From Auanema rhodensis (lineage: Eukaryota; Animalia; Nematoda), in NCBI GenBank assembly GCA_964057225.1, contig OZ059895.1, positions 17,422,001 to 17,486,000 of the forward strand: a DNA stretch of 64,000 nt. The letters run 5' to 3'. Shown here one piece after another: positions 10,669 through 23,600 of this stretch (position 1 is its first letter; every line of letters starts with the position of its first letter). The notes under the pieces are model-generated. The model saw nothing but the letters and a program-made list of their open reading frames with translations, ran no database searches and was not told where the DNA came from. The translations under genes and the position numbers were made by a program.

Positions 10669-10864
10669 CGATTTATTTTCTCGATTTCTTAGTTCCCTAT
10701 CATAGCAAACGATTGTTCAATTTGATTTACACCAGTCCTACACAATTTATCATTTTGCCGCGGGGAGGTATACTACGTATAAAAACCATCATTATTTCAG
10801 TCTTGATAACATCAAAGAATGGAGCGATTCCCTTGATCAACTCCAGGATAACGGCAACTCAAAG

Positions 10865-11194
10865 ATGCCTAACAAAAGTCAGAATACGTCTGCACCAAAA
10901 AAGCAGAACAACTCTAAAGTGAAGTACAGAAAAATGGAAGAAGACATGAAATGTCAACTCTGTTGGAAGAAGGGCCACACCATGGGAAAATGCACAGTCT
11001 ACAAGACTGCAGCACAACGCGTCAAGCGTTGCAAGTTGATCAACATGTGCTTGAAGTGTTTGCGGAACCACTTTGGAAAACCGTGTGTGGAGAAGATGAA
11101 GAAAATATGTCATGTGTGCAAAGGAAGCGGACTGGACCACGATCATCCTGGTGTATTATGCAAGCTGCAGTTTGCGGAGGAACTAGCAGAATGA
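10865..11194 (+). CDS. Stand-alone basic nucleocapsid-like protein with three BEL/Pao Gag-type zinc knuckles (109 aa)
   Basis: CQLCWKKGHTMGKC; CLKCLRNHFGKPC; CHVCKGSGLDHDHPGVLC; Lys-rich; own ATG; TATAAAAA at 10778 and TTTCAG acceptor at 10795-10800 upstream. Confidence 0.8.
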   Translation: MPNKSQNTSAPKKQNNSKVKYRKMEEDMKCQLCWKKGHTMGKCTVYKTAAQRVKRCKLINMCLKCLRNHFGKPCVEKMKKICHVCKGSGLDHDHPGVLCKLQFAEELAE

Positions 11195-11218
11195 AATCAG
11201 TTCTGATTTCTCTCTCCT

Positions 11219-11227
11219 GGCCCGGAA
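11219..11227 (+). promoter_or_regulatory. Putative plus-strand primer (PPT position)
   Basis: GGCCCGGAA immediately before the 3' LTR; only weakly purine-rich. Confidence 0.55.
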
Positions 11228-11642
11228 TATCGCGAATGCGATTATCCATCATTCAATCGATGCAATCTCATCACGTTGGCTGATGAGATTCACGGGCACT
11301 CTGTTTTATACCACCGTCGCGGACGGTCGCTTTTCTCTCTCCTCGTTGCTGTCTTTATCTTATGACTCATCTAGTCTGAACCACCGTTTTATCCTTGTCC
11401 TTTAGTAAGACTATCTCTAGTCTCATTAGTGATGTATATCTAGTCTTATTACATTCACTCTAGTCTTCTATGTATTTTATCTAGTCTTATTATATATCTT
11501 CTAGTCCTTATATTCTGTATTATGTATATCTGAATGGCATATGAATGAATCTTTCTTCCTCTAATAGTATTTTACGTTAACAGGGCATAGAATAGAAAGT
11601 GTGAACCTGGGAGGCTATTTGAAGAGCCCTCTATCTTCAAAA
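11228..11642 (+). repeat. 3' LTR of element 1 (415 bp)
   Basis: No difference from 3890-4304 seen by eye; followed by TSD GAGCG. Confidence 0.95.
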
Positions 11643-14600
11643 GAGCGTCTGTCTAGTAAACAGAAGGTCGCTGGTTCGATTCCAGCATGAGGCATCGTTT
11701 TAGACTTTTTCAAAATATTTTGAAGATTAATTCGTGCTTCTTGAAGCTTTTACTTCAGGTTACATCTTCTCTTATTCATTCGAATGAAATATTTTACTTC
11801 AATACGGAGCAGTATTGTTAAAAGTGACAAAGTGATTATTATCGACAAATGAAAACAACTTATCAAGCCTCATTGGCTCAGGGGCAGAGCGTCTGTCTAG
11901 TCGATTCCAGCATGAGGCATTGTTTTAGACTTTCTCAAACTATTTTGAGGATTAAATCGTGCTTCTCGAAGCTTTTACTTCAGGTTACATCTTCTCTTAT
12001 TCATTCAAATGAATTGTTTCAATTGAATATGTAAACGCATTGTTGAAAGTGACTAAGAGATTATAATCGAGAAATGAAAATAACTTTTTAAGCCTCATTG
12101 GCTCAGGGGCAGAGCGTCTGTCTAGTAAACAGAAGGTCGCTGGTTCGATTCCAGCATGAGGCATCTTTTTAGACTTTCTCAAACTATTTTTAGGATTCAT
12201 TCGTGCTTCTCGAAGCTTTTACTTCAGGTTACATCTTCTCTTATTCATTCGAATGAAATATTTTACTTCAATACGGAGCAGTATTGTTAAAAGTGACAAA
12301 GTGATTATTATCGACAAATGAAAACAACTTATCAAGCCTCATTGGCTCAGGGGCAGAGCGTCTGTCTAGTAAACAGAAGGTCGCTGGTTCGATTCCAGCA
12401 TGAGGCATCGTTTTAAACTTTTTCAAAATATTTTGAGGATTAATTCGTGCTTCTTGAAGCTTTTACTTCAGGTTACATCTTCTCTTATTCATTCGAATGA
12501 AATATTTTACTTCAATACGGAGCAGTATTGTTAAAAGTGACAAAGTGATTATTATCGACAAATGAAAACAACTTATCAAGCCTCATTGGCTCAGGGGCAG
12601 AGCGTCTGTCTAGTAAACAGAAGGTCGCTGGTTCGATTCCAGCATGAGGCATCGTTTTAGACTTTTTCAAACTATTTTGAGGATTAATTCGTGCTTCTTG
12701 AAGCTTTTACTTCAGGTTACATCTTCTCTTATTCATTCGAATGAAATATTTTACTTCAATACGAAGCAGTATTGTTAAAAGTGACAAAGTGATTATTATC
12801 GACAAATGAAAACAACTTATCAAGCCTCATTGGCTCAGGGGCAGAGCGTCTGTCTAGTCGATTCCAGCATGAGGCATCGTTTTAGACTTTCTCAAACTAT
12901 TTTGAGGATTAATTCGTGCTTCTCGAAGCTTTTACTTCAGGTTACATCTTCTCTTATTCATTCAAATGAATTGTTTCAATTGAATATGTAAACGCATTGT
13001 TGAAAGTGACTAAGAGATTATAATCGAGAAATGAGAATAACTTTTTAAGCCTCATTGGCTCAGGGGCAGAGCGTCTGTCTAGTAAACAGAAGGTCGCTGG
13101 TTCGATTCCAGCATGAGGCATCGTTTTAGACTTTTTCAAAATATTTTGAAGATTAATTCGTGCTTCTTGAAGCTTTTACTTCAGGTTACATCTTCTCTTA
13201 TTCATTCGAATGAAATATTTTACTTCAATACGGAGCAGTATTGTTAAAAGTGACAAAGTGATTATTATCGACAAATGAAAACAACTTATCAAGCCTCATT
13301 GGCTCAGGGGCAGAGCGTCTGTCTAGTCGATTCCAGCATGAGGCATTGTTTTAGACTTTCTCAAACTATTTTGAGGATTAAATCGTGCTTCTCGAAGCTT
13401 TTACTTCAGGTTACATCTTCTCTTATTCATTCAAATGAATTGTTTCAATTGAATATGTAAACGCATTGTTGAAAGTGACTAAGAGATTATAATCGAGAAA
13501 TGAAAATAACTTTTTAAGCCTCATTGGCTCAGGGGCAGAGCGTCTGTCTAGTAAACAGAAGGTCGCTGGTTCGATTCCAGCATGAGGCATCTTTTTAGAC
13601 TTTCTCAAACTATTTTTAGGATTAATTCGTGCTTCTTGAAGCTTTTACTTCAGGTTACATCTTCTCTTATTCATTCGAATGAAATATTTTACTTCAATAC
13701 GGAGCAGTATTGTTAAAAGTGACAAAGTGATTATTATCGACAAATGAAAACAACTTATCAAGCCTCATTGGCTCAGGGGCAGAGCGTCTGTCTAGTCGAT
13801 TCCAGCATGAGGCATTGTTTTAGACTTTCTCAAACTATTTTGAGGATTAAATCGTGCTTCTCGAAGCTTTTACTTCAGGTTACATCTTCTCTTATTCATT
13901 CAAATGAATTGTTTCAATTGAATATGTAAACGCATTGTTGAAAGTGACTAAGAGATTATAATCGAGAAATGAAAATAACTTTTTAAGCCTCATTGGCTCA
14001 GGGGCAGAGCGTCTGTCTAGTAAACAGAAGGTCGCTGGTTCGATTCCAGCATGAGGCATCTTTTTAGACTTTCTCAAACTATTTTTAGGATTAATTCGTG
14101 CTTCTCGAAGCTTTTACTTCAGGTTACATCTTCTCTTATTCATTCGAATGAAATATTTTACTTCAATACGGAGCAGTATTGTTAAAAGTGACAAAGTGAT
14201 TATTATCGACAAATGAAAACAACTTATCAAGCCTCATTGGCTCAGGGGCAGAGCGTCTGTCTAGTCGATTCCAGCATGAGGCATTGTTTTAGACTTTCTC
14301 AAACTATTTTGAGGATTAATTCGTGCTTCTCGAAGCTTTTACTTCAGGTTACATCTTCTCTTATTCATTCAAATGAATTGTTTCAATTGAATATGTAAAC
14401 GCATTGTTGAAAGTGACTAAGAGATTATAATCGAGAAATGAGAATAACTTTTTAAGCCTCATTGGCTCAGGGGCAGAGCGTCTGTCTAGTAAACAGAAGG
14501 TCGCTGGTTCGATTCCAGCATGAGGCATCGTTTTAGACTTTTTCAAAATATTTTGAAGATTAATTCGTGCTTCTTGAAGCTTTTACTTCAGGTTACATCT

Positions 14601-17600
14601 TCTCTTATTCATTCGAATGAAATATTTTACTTCAATACGGAGCAGTATTGTTAAAAGTGACAAAGTGATTATTATCGACAAATGAAAACAACTTATCAAG
14701 CCTCATTGGCTCAGGGGCAGAGCGTCTGTCTAGTAAACAGAAGGTCGCTGGTTCGATTCCAGCATGAGGCATCTTTTTAGACTTTCTCAAACTATTTTGA
14801 GGATTAATTCGTGCTTCTCGAAGCTTTTACTTCAGGTTACATCTTCTCTTATTCATTCAAATGAATTGTTTCAATTGAATATGTAAACGCATTGTTGAAA
14901 GTGACTAAGAGATTATAATCGAGAAATGAAAATAACTTTTTAAGCCTCATTGGCTCAGGGGCAGAGCGTCTGTCTAGTAAACAGAAGGTCGCTGGTTCGA
15001 TTCCAGCATGAGGCATCTTTTTAGACTTTCTCAAACTATTTTGAGGATTAATTCGTGCTTCTCGAAGCTTTTACTTCAGGTTACATCTTCTCTTATTCAT
15101 TCAAATGAATTGTTTCAATTGAATATGTAAACGCATTGTTGAAAGTGACTAAGAGATTATAATAGAGAAATGAGAATAACTTTTTAAGCCTCATTGGCTC
15201 AGGGGCAGAGCGTCTGTCTAGTAAACAGAAGGTCGCTGGTTCGATTCCAGCATGAGGCATCGTTTTAGACTTTTTCAAAATATTTTGAAGATTAATTCGT
15301 GCTTCTTGAAGCTTTTACTTCAGGTTACATCTTCTCTTATTCATTCGAATGAAATATTTTACTTCAATACGGAGCAGTATTGTTAAAAGTGACAAAGTGA
15401 TTATTATCGACAAATGAAAACAACTTATCAAGCCTCATTGGCTCAGGGGCAGAGCGTCTGTCTAGTCGATTCCAGCATGAGGCATTGTTTTAGACTTTCT
15501 CAAACTATTTTGAGGATTAAATCGTGCTTCTCGAAGCTTTTACTTCAGGTTACATCTTCTCTTATTCATTCAAATGAATTGTTTCAATTGAATATGTAAA
15601 CGCATTGTTGAAAGTGACTAAGAGATTATAATCGAGAAATGAAAATAACTTTTTAAGCCTCATTGGCTCAGGGGCAGAGCGTCTGTCTAGTAAACAGAAG
15701 GTCGCTGGTTCGATTCCAGCATGAGGCATCTTTTTAGACTTTCTCAAACTATTTTTAGGATTAATTCGTGCTTCTCGAAGCTTTTACTTCAGGTTACATC
15801 TTCTCTTATTCATTCGAATGAAATATTTTACTTCAATACGGAGCAGTATTGTTAAAAGTGACAAAGTGATTATTATCGACAAATGAAAACAACTTATCAA
15901 GCCTCATTGGCTCAGGGGCAGAGCGTCTGTCTAGTCGATTCCAGCATGAGGCATTGTTTTAGACTTTCTCAAACTATTTTGAGGATTAATTCGTGCTTCT
16001 CGAAGCTTTTACTTCAGGTTACATCTTCTCTTATTCATTCAAATGAATTGTTTCAATTGAATATGTAAACGCATTGTTGAAAGTGACTAAGAGATTATAA
16101 TCGAGAAATGAGAATAACTTTTTAAGCCTCATTGGCTCAGGGGCAGAGCGTCTGTCTAGTAAACAGAAGGTCGCTGGTTCGATTCCAGCATGAGGCATCG
16201 TTTTAGACTTTTTCAAAATATTTTGAAGATTAATTCGTGCTTCTTGAAGCTTTTACTTCAGGTTACATCTTCTCTTATTCATTCGAATGAAATATTTTAC
16301 TTCAATACGGAGCAGTATTGTTAAAAGTGACAAAGTGATTATTATCGACAAATGAAAACAACTTATCAAGCCTCATTGGCTCAGGGGCAGAGCGTCTGTC
16401 TAGTAAACAGAAGGTCGCTGGTTCGATTCCAGCATGTGGCATCGTTTTAGACTTTTTCAAACTATTTTGAGGATTAATTCGTGCTTCTCGAAGCTTTTAC
16501 TTCAGGTTAGATCTTCTCTTATTCATTCAAATGAATTGTTTCAATTGAATATGTAAACGCATTGTTGAAAGTGACTAAGAGATTATAATCGAGAAATGAA
16601 AATAACTTTTTAAGCCTCATTGGCTCAGGGGCAGAGCGTCTGTCTAGTAAACAGAAGGTCGCTGGTTCGATTCCAGCATGAGGCATCTTTTTAGACTTTC
16701 TCAAACTATTTTAAGGATTAATTCGTGCTTCTCGAAGCTTTTACTTCAGGTTACATCTTCTCTTATTCATTCAAATGAATTGTTTCAATTGAATATGTAA
16801 ACGCATTGTTGAAAGTGACTAAGAGATTATAATCGAGAAATGAGAATAACTTTTTAAGCCTCATTGGCTCAGGGGCAGAGCGTCTGTCTAGTAAACAGAA
16901 GGTCGCTGGTTCGATTCCAGCATGAGGCATCGTTTTAGACTTTTTCAAAATATTTTGAAGATTAATTCGTGCTTCTTGAAGCTTTTACTTCAGGTTACAT
17001 CTTCTCTTATTCATTCGAATGAAATATTTTACTTCAATACGGAGCAGTATTGTTAAAAGTGACAAAGTGATTATTATCGACAAATGAAAACAACTTATCA
17101 AGCCTCATTGGCTCAGGGGCAGAGCGTCTGTCTAGTAAACAGAAGGTCGCTGGTTCGATTCCAGCATGAGGCATCGTTTTAGACTTTTTCAAACTATTTT
17201 GAGGATTAATTCGTGCTTCTCGAAGCTTTTACTTCAGGTTACATCTTCTCTTATTCATTCAAATGAATTGTTTCAATTGAATATGTAAACGCATTGTTGA
17301 AAGTGACTAAGAGATTATAATCGAGAAATGAAAATAACTTTTTAAGCCTCATTGGCTCAGGGGCAGAGCGTCTGTCTAGTAAACAGAAGGTCGCTGGTTC
17401 GATTCCAGCATGAGGCATCTTTTTAGACTTTCTCAAACTATTTTGAGGATTAATTCGTGCTTCTCGAAGCTTTTACTTCAGGTTACATCTTCTCTTATTC
17501 ATTCAAATGAATTGTTTCAATTGAATATGTAAACGCATTGTTGAAAGTGACTAAGAGATTATAATCGAGAAATGAGAATAACTCTTTAAGCCTCATTGGC

Positions 17601-20600
17601 TCAGGGGCAGAGCGTCTGTCTAGTAAACAGAAGGTCGCTGGTTCGATTCCAGCATGAGGCATCGTTTTAGACTTTTTCAAAATATTTTGAAGATTAATTC
17701 GTGCTTCTTGAAGCTTTTACTTCAAGTTACATCTTCTCTTATTCATTCGAATGAAATATTTTACTTCAATACGGAGCAGTATTGTTAAAAGTGACAAAGT
17801 GATTATTATCGACAAATGAAAACAACTTATCAAGCCTCATTGGCTCAGGGGCAGAGCGTCTGTCTAGTAAACAGAAGGTCGCTGGTTCGATTCCAGCATG
17901 AGGCATCGTTTTAGACTTTTTCAAACTATTTTGAGGATTAATTCGTGCTTCTCGAAGCTTTTACTTCAGGTTACATCTTCTCTTATTCATTCAAATGAAT
18001 TGTTTCAATTGAATATGTAAACGCATTGTTGAAAGTGACTAAGAGATTATTATCGACAAATGAAAACAACTTATCAAGCCTCATTGGCTCAGGGGCAGAG
18101 CGTCTGTCTAGTCGATTCCAGTATGAGGCATTGTTTTAGACTTTCTCAAACTATTTTGAGGATTAAATCGTGCTTCTCGAAGCTTTTACTTCAGGTTACA
18201 TCTTCTCTTATTCATTCAAATGAATTGTTTCAATTGAATATGTAAACGCATTGTTGAAAGTGACTAAGAGATTATAATCGAGAAATGAGAATAACTTTTT
18301 AAGCCTCATTGGCTCAGGGGCAGAGCGTCTGTCTAGTAAACAGAAGGTCGCTGGTTCGATTCCAGCATGAGGCATCTTTTTAGACTTTCTCAAACTATTT
18401 TTAGGATTCATTCGTGCTTCTCGAAGCTTTTACTTCAGGTTACATCTTCTCTTATTCATTCGAATGAAATATTTTACTTCAATACGGAGCAGTATTGTTA
18501 AAAGTGACAAAGTGATTATTATCGACAAATGAAAACAACTTATAAAGCCTCATTGGCTCAGGGGCAGAGCGTCTGTCTAGTAAACAGAAGGTCGCTGGTT
18601 CGATTCCAGCATGAGGCATCGTTTTAGACTTTTTCAAACTATTTTGAGGATTAATTCATGCTTCTCGAAGCTTTTACTTCAGGTTACATCTTCTCTTATT
18701 CATTCAAATGAAATGTTTCAATTGAATATGTAAACGCATTGTTGAAAGTGACTAAGAGATTATAATCGAGAAATGAGAATAACTTTTTAAGCCTCATTGG
18801 CTCAGGATCAGAGCGTCTGTCTAGTAAACAGAAGGTCGCTGGTTCGATTCCAGCATGAGGCATCGTTTTAGACTTTTTCAAACTATTTTGAGGATTAATT
18901 CGTGCTTCTTGAAGCTTTTACTTCAGGTTACATCTTCTCTTATTCATTCGAATGAAATATTTTACTTCAATACGGAGCAGTATTGTTAAAAGTGACAAAG
19001 TGATTATTATCGACAAATGAAAACAACTTATCAAGCCTCATTGGCTCAGGGGCAGAGCGTCTGTCTAGTAAACAGAAGGTCGCTGGTTCGATTCCAGCAT
19101 GAGGCATCGTTTTAGACTTTTTCAAACTATTTTGAGGATTAATTCGTGCTTCTTGAAGCTTTTACTTCAGGTTACATCTTCTCTTATTCATTCGAATAAA
19201 ATATTTTACTTCAATACGGAGCAGTATTGTTAAAAGTGACAAAGTGATTATTATCGACAAATGAAAACAACTTATCAAGCCTCATTGGCTCAGGGGCAGA
19301 GCGTCTGTCTAGTCGATTCCAGCATGAGGCATCGTTTTAGACTTTCTCAAACTATTTTGAGGATTAATTCGTGCTTCTCGAAGCTTTTACTTCAGGTTAC
19401 ATCTTCTCTTATTCATTCAAATGAATTGTTTCAATTGAATATGTAAACGCATTGTTGAAAGTGACTAAGAGATTATAATCGAGAAATGAGAATAACTTTT
19501 CAAGCCTCATTGGCTCAGGGGCAGAGCGTCTGTCTAGTAAACAGAAGGTCGCTGGTTCGATTCCAGCATGAGGCATCGTTTTAGACTTTCTCAAACTATT
19601 TTTAGGATTCATTCGTGCTTCTCGAAGCTTTTACTTCAGGTTACATCTTCTCTTATTCATTCAAATGAATTGTTTCAATTGAATATGTAAACGCATTGTT
19701 GAAAGTGACTAAGAGATTATAATCGAGAAATGAGAATAACTTTTTAAGCCTCATTGGCTCAGGGGCAGAGCGTCTGTCTAGTAAACAGTAGGTCGCTGGT
19801 TTGATTCCAGCATGAGGCATCGTTTTAGACTTCTTCAAACTATTTTGAGGATTAATTCGTGCTTCTTGAAGCTTTTACTTCAGGTTACATCTTCTGTTAT
19901 TCATTCGAATGAAATATTTTACTTCAATACGGAGCAGTATTGTTAAAAGTGACTAAGAGATTATAATAGAGAAATGAGAATAACTTATCAAGCCTCATTG
20001 GCTCAGGGGCAGAGCGTCTGTCTAGTAAACAGAAGGTCGCTGGTTCGATTCCAGCATGAGGCATCGTTTTAGACTTTTTCAAACTATTTTGAGGATTAAT
20101 TCGTGCTTCTCGAAGCTTTTACTTCAGGTTACATCTTCTGTTATTCATTCGAATGAAATATTTTACTTCAATACGGAGCAGTATTGTTAAAAGTGACAAA
20201 GTGATTATTATCGACAAATGAAAACAACTTATCAAGCCTCATTGGCTCAGGGGCAGAGCGTCTGTCTAGTAAACAGAAGGTCGCTGGTTCGATTCCAGCA
20301 TGAGGCATCGTTTTAGACTTTTTCAAACTATTTTGAGGATTAATTCGTGCTTCTCGAAGCTTTTACTTCAGGTTACATCTTCTCTTATTCATTCAAATGA
20401 ATTGTTTCAATTGAATATGTAAACGCATTGTTGAAAGTGACTAAGAGATTATAATCGAGAAATGAGAATAACTTTTTAAGCCTCATTGGCTCAGGGGCAG
20501 AGCGTCTGTCTAGTAAACAGAAGGTCGCTGGTTCGATTCCAGCATGAGGCATCGTTTTAGACTTTTTCAAAATATTTTGAAAATTAATTCGTGCTTCTTG

Positions 20601-23600
20601 AAGCTTTTACTTCAGGTTACATCTTCTCTTATTCATTCGAATGAAATATTTTACTTCAATACGGAGCAGTATTGTTAAAAGTGACAAAGTGATTATTATC
20701 GACAAATGAAAACAACTTATCAAGCCTCATTGGCTCAGGGGCAGAGCGTCTGTCTAGTCGATTCCAGTATGAGGCATTGTTTTAGACTTTCTCAAACTAT
20801 TTTGAGGATTAAATCGTGCTTCTCGAAGCTTTTACTTCAGGTTACATCTTCTCTTATTCATTCAAATGAATTGTTTCAATTGAATATGTAAACGCATTGT
20901 TGAAAGTGACTAAGAGATTATAATCGAGAAATGAGAATAACTTTTTAAGCCTCATTGGCTCAGGGGCAGAGCGTCTGTCTAGTAAACAGAAGGTCGCTGG
21001 TTCGATTCCAGCATGAGGCATCTTTTTAGACTTTCTCAAACTATTTTTAGGATTCATTCGTGCTTCTCGAAGCTTTTACTTCAGGTTACATCTTCTCTTA
21101 TTCATTCGAATGAAATATTTTACTTCAATACGGAGCAGTATTGTTAAAAGTGACAAAGTGATTATTATCGACAAATGAAAACAACTTATCAAGCCTCATT
21201 GGCTCAGGGGCAGAGCGTCTGTCTAGTAAACAGAAGGTCGCTGGTTCGATTCCAGCATGAGGCATCGTTTTAGACTTTTTCAAACTATTTTGAGGATTAA
21301 TTCGTGCTTCTCGAAGCTTTTACTTCAGGTTACATCTTCTCTTATTCATTCAAATGAAATGTTTCAATTGAATATGTAAACGCATTGTTGAAAGTGACTA
21401 AGAGATTATAATCGAGAAATGAGAATAACTTTTTAAGCCTCATTGGCTCAGGATCAGAGCGTCTGTCTAGTAAACAGAAGGTCGCTGGTTCGATTCCAGC
21501 ATGAGGCATCGTTTTAGACTTTTTCAAAATATTTTGAAGATTAATTCGTGCTTCTTGAAGCTTTTACTTCAGGTTACATCTTCTCTTATTCATTCGAATG
21601 AAATATTTTACTTCAATACGGAGCAGTATTGTTAAAAGTGACAAAGTGATTATTATCGAGAAATGAGAATAACTTTTTAAGCCTCATTGGCTCAGGGGCA
21701 GAGCGTCTGTCTAGTAAACAGAAGGTCGCTGGTTCGATTCCAGCATGAGGCATCGTTTTAGACTTTTTCAAACTATTTTGAGGATTAATTCGTGCTTCTC
21801 GAAGCTTTTACTTCAGGTTACATCTTCTCTTATTCATTCAAATGAATTGTTTCAATTGAATATGTAAACGCATTGTTGAAAGTGACTAAGAGATTATAAT
21901 CGAGAAATGAGAATAACTTTTTAAGCCTCATTGGCTCAGGGGCAGAGCGTCTGTCTAGTAAACAGAAGGTCGCTGGTTCGATTCCAGCATGAGGCATCGT
22001 TTTAGACTTTTTCAAAATATTTTGAAAATTAATTCGTGCTTCTTGAAGCTTTTACTTCAGGTTACATCTTCTCTTATTCATTCGAATGAAATATTTTACT
22101 TCAATACGGAGCAGTATTGTTAAAAGTGACAAAGTGATTATTATCGACAAATGAAAACAACTTATCAAGCCTCATTGGCTCAGGGGCAGAGCGTCTGTCT
22201 AGTCGATTCCAGTATGAGGCATTGTTTTAGACTTTCTCAAACTATTTTGAGGATTAAATCGTGCTTCTCGAAGCTTTTACTTCAGGTTACATCTTCTCTT
22301 ATTCATTCAAATGAATTGTTTCAATTGAATATGTAAACGCATTGTTGAAAGTGACTAAGAGATTATAATCGAGAAATGAGAATAACTTTTTAAGCCTCAT
22401 TGGCTCAGGGGCAGAGCGTCTGTCTAGTAAACAGAAGGTCGCTGGTTCGATTCCAGCATGAGGCATCTTTTTAGACTTTCTCAAACTATTTTTAGGATTC
22501 ATTCGTGCTTCTCGAAGCTTTTACTTCAGGTTACATCTTCTCTTATTCATTCGAATGAAATATTTTACTTCAATACGGAGCAGTATTGTTAAAAGTGACA
22601 AAGTGATTATTATCGACAAATGAAAACAACTTATCAAGCCTCATTGGCTCAGGGGCAGAGCGTCTGTCTAGTAAACAGAAGGTCGCTGGTTCGATTCCAG
22701 CATGAGGCATCGTTTTAGACTTTTTCAAACTATTTTGAGGATTAATTCGTGCTTCTCGAAGCTTTTACTTCAGGTTACATCTTCTCTTATTCATTCAAAT
22801 GAAATGTTTCAATTGAATATGTAAACGCATTGTTGAAAGTGACTAAGAGATTATAATCGAGAAATGAGAATAACTTTTTAAGCCTCATTGGCTCAGGATC
22901 AGAGCGTCTGTCTAGTAAACAGAAGGTCGCTGGTTCGATTCCAGCATGAGGCATCGTTTTAGACTTTTTCAAAATATTTTGAAGATTAATTCGTGCTTCT
23001 TGAAGCTTTTACTTCAGGTTACATCTTCTCTTATTCATTCGAATGAAATATTTTACTTCAATACGGAGCAGTATTGTTAAAAGTGACAAAGTGATTATTA
23101 TCGACAAATGAAAACAACTTATCAAGCCTCATTGGCTCAGGGGCAGAGCGTCTGTCTAGTAAACAGAATGTCGCTGGTTCGATTCCAGCATGAGGCATCG
23201 TTTTAGACTTTTTCAAACTATTTTGAGGATTAATTCGTGCTTCTTGAAGCTTTTACTTCAGGTTACATCTTCTCTTATTCATTCGAATGAAATATTTTAC
23301 TTCAATACGGAGCAGTATTGTTAAAAGTGACAAAGTGATTATTATCGAGAAATGAGAATAACTTTTTAAGCCTCATTGGCTCAGGGGCAGAGCGTCTGTC
23401 TAGTAAACAGAAGGTCGCTGGTTCGATTCCAGCATGAGGCATCGTTTTAGACTTTTTCAAACTATTTTGAGGATTAATTCGTGCTTCTTGAAGCTTTTAC
23501 TTCAGGTTACATCTTCTCTTATTCATTCGAATGAAATATTTTACTTCAATACGGAGCAGTATTGTTAAAAGTGACAAAGTGATTATTATCGACAAATGAA

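Larger units (their letters stand above)
3890..11642 (+). mobile_element. Non-autonomous env-bearing BEL/Pao (Belpaoviridae-like) LTR retrotransposon, copy 1 (7753 bp)
   Basis: Two matching 415-bp LTRs, TSD GAGCG (3885-3889/11643-11647), PBS, PPT, BEL-type integrase C-terminal motif, phlebovirus-like glycoprotein, BEL-type triple zinc knuckle; no RT/RH/PR motifs seen. Confidence 0.93.

Noticed and set aside
7341-11283. Small overlapping or antisense ORFs within the element, including 10638-10922 and 10951-11283, and their copies in element 2
   Set aside because: Alternative-frame shadows without recognisable motifs; several start at non-ATG codons.
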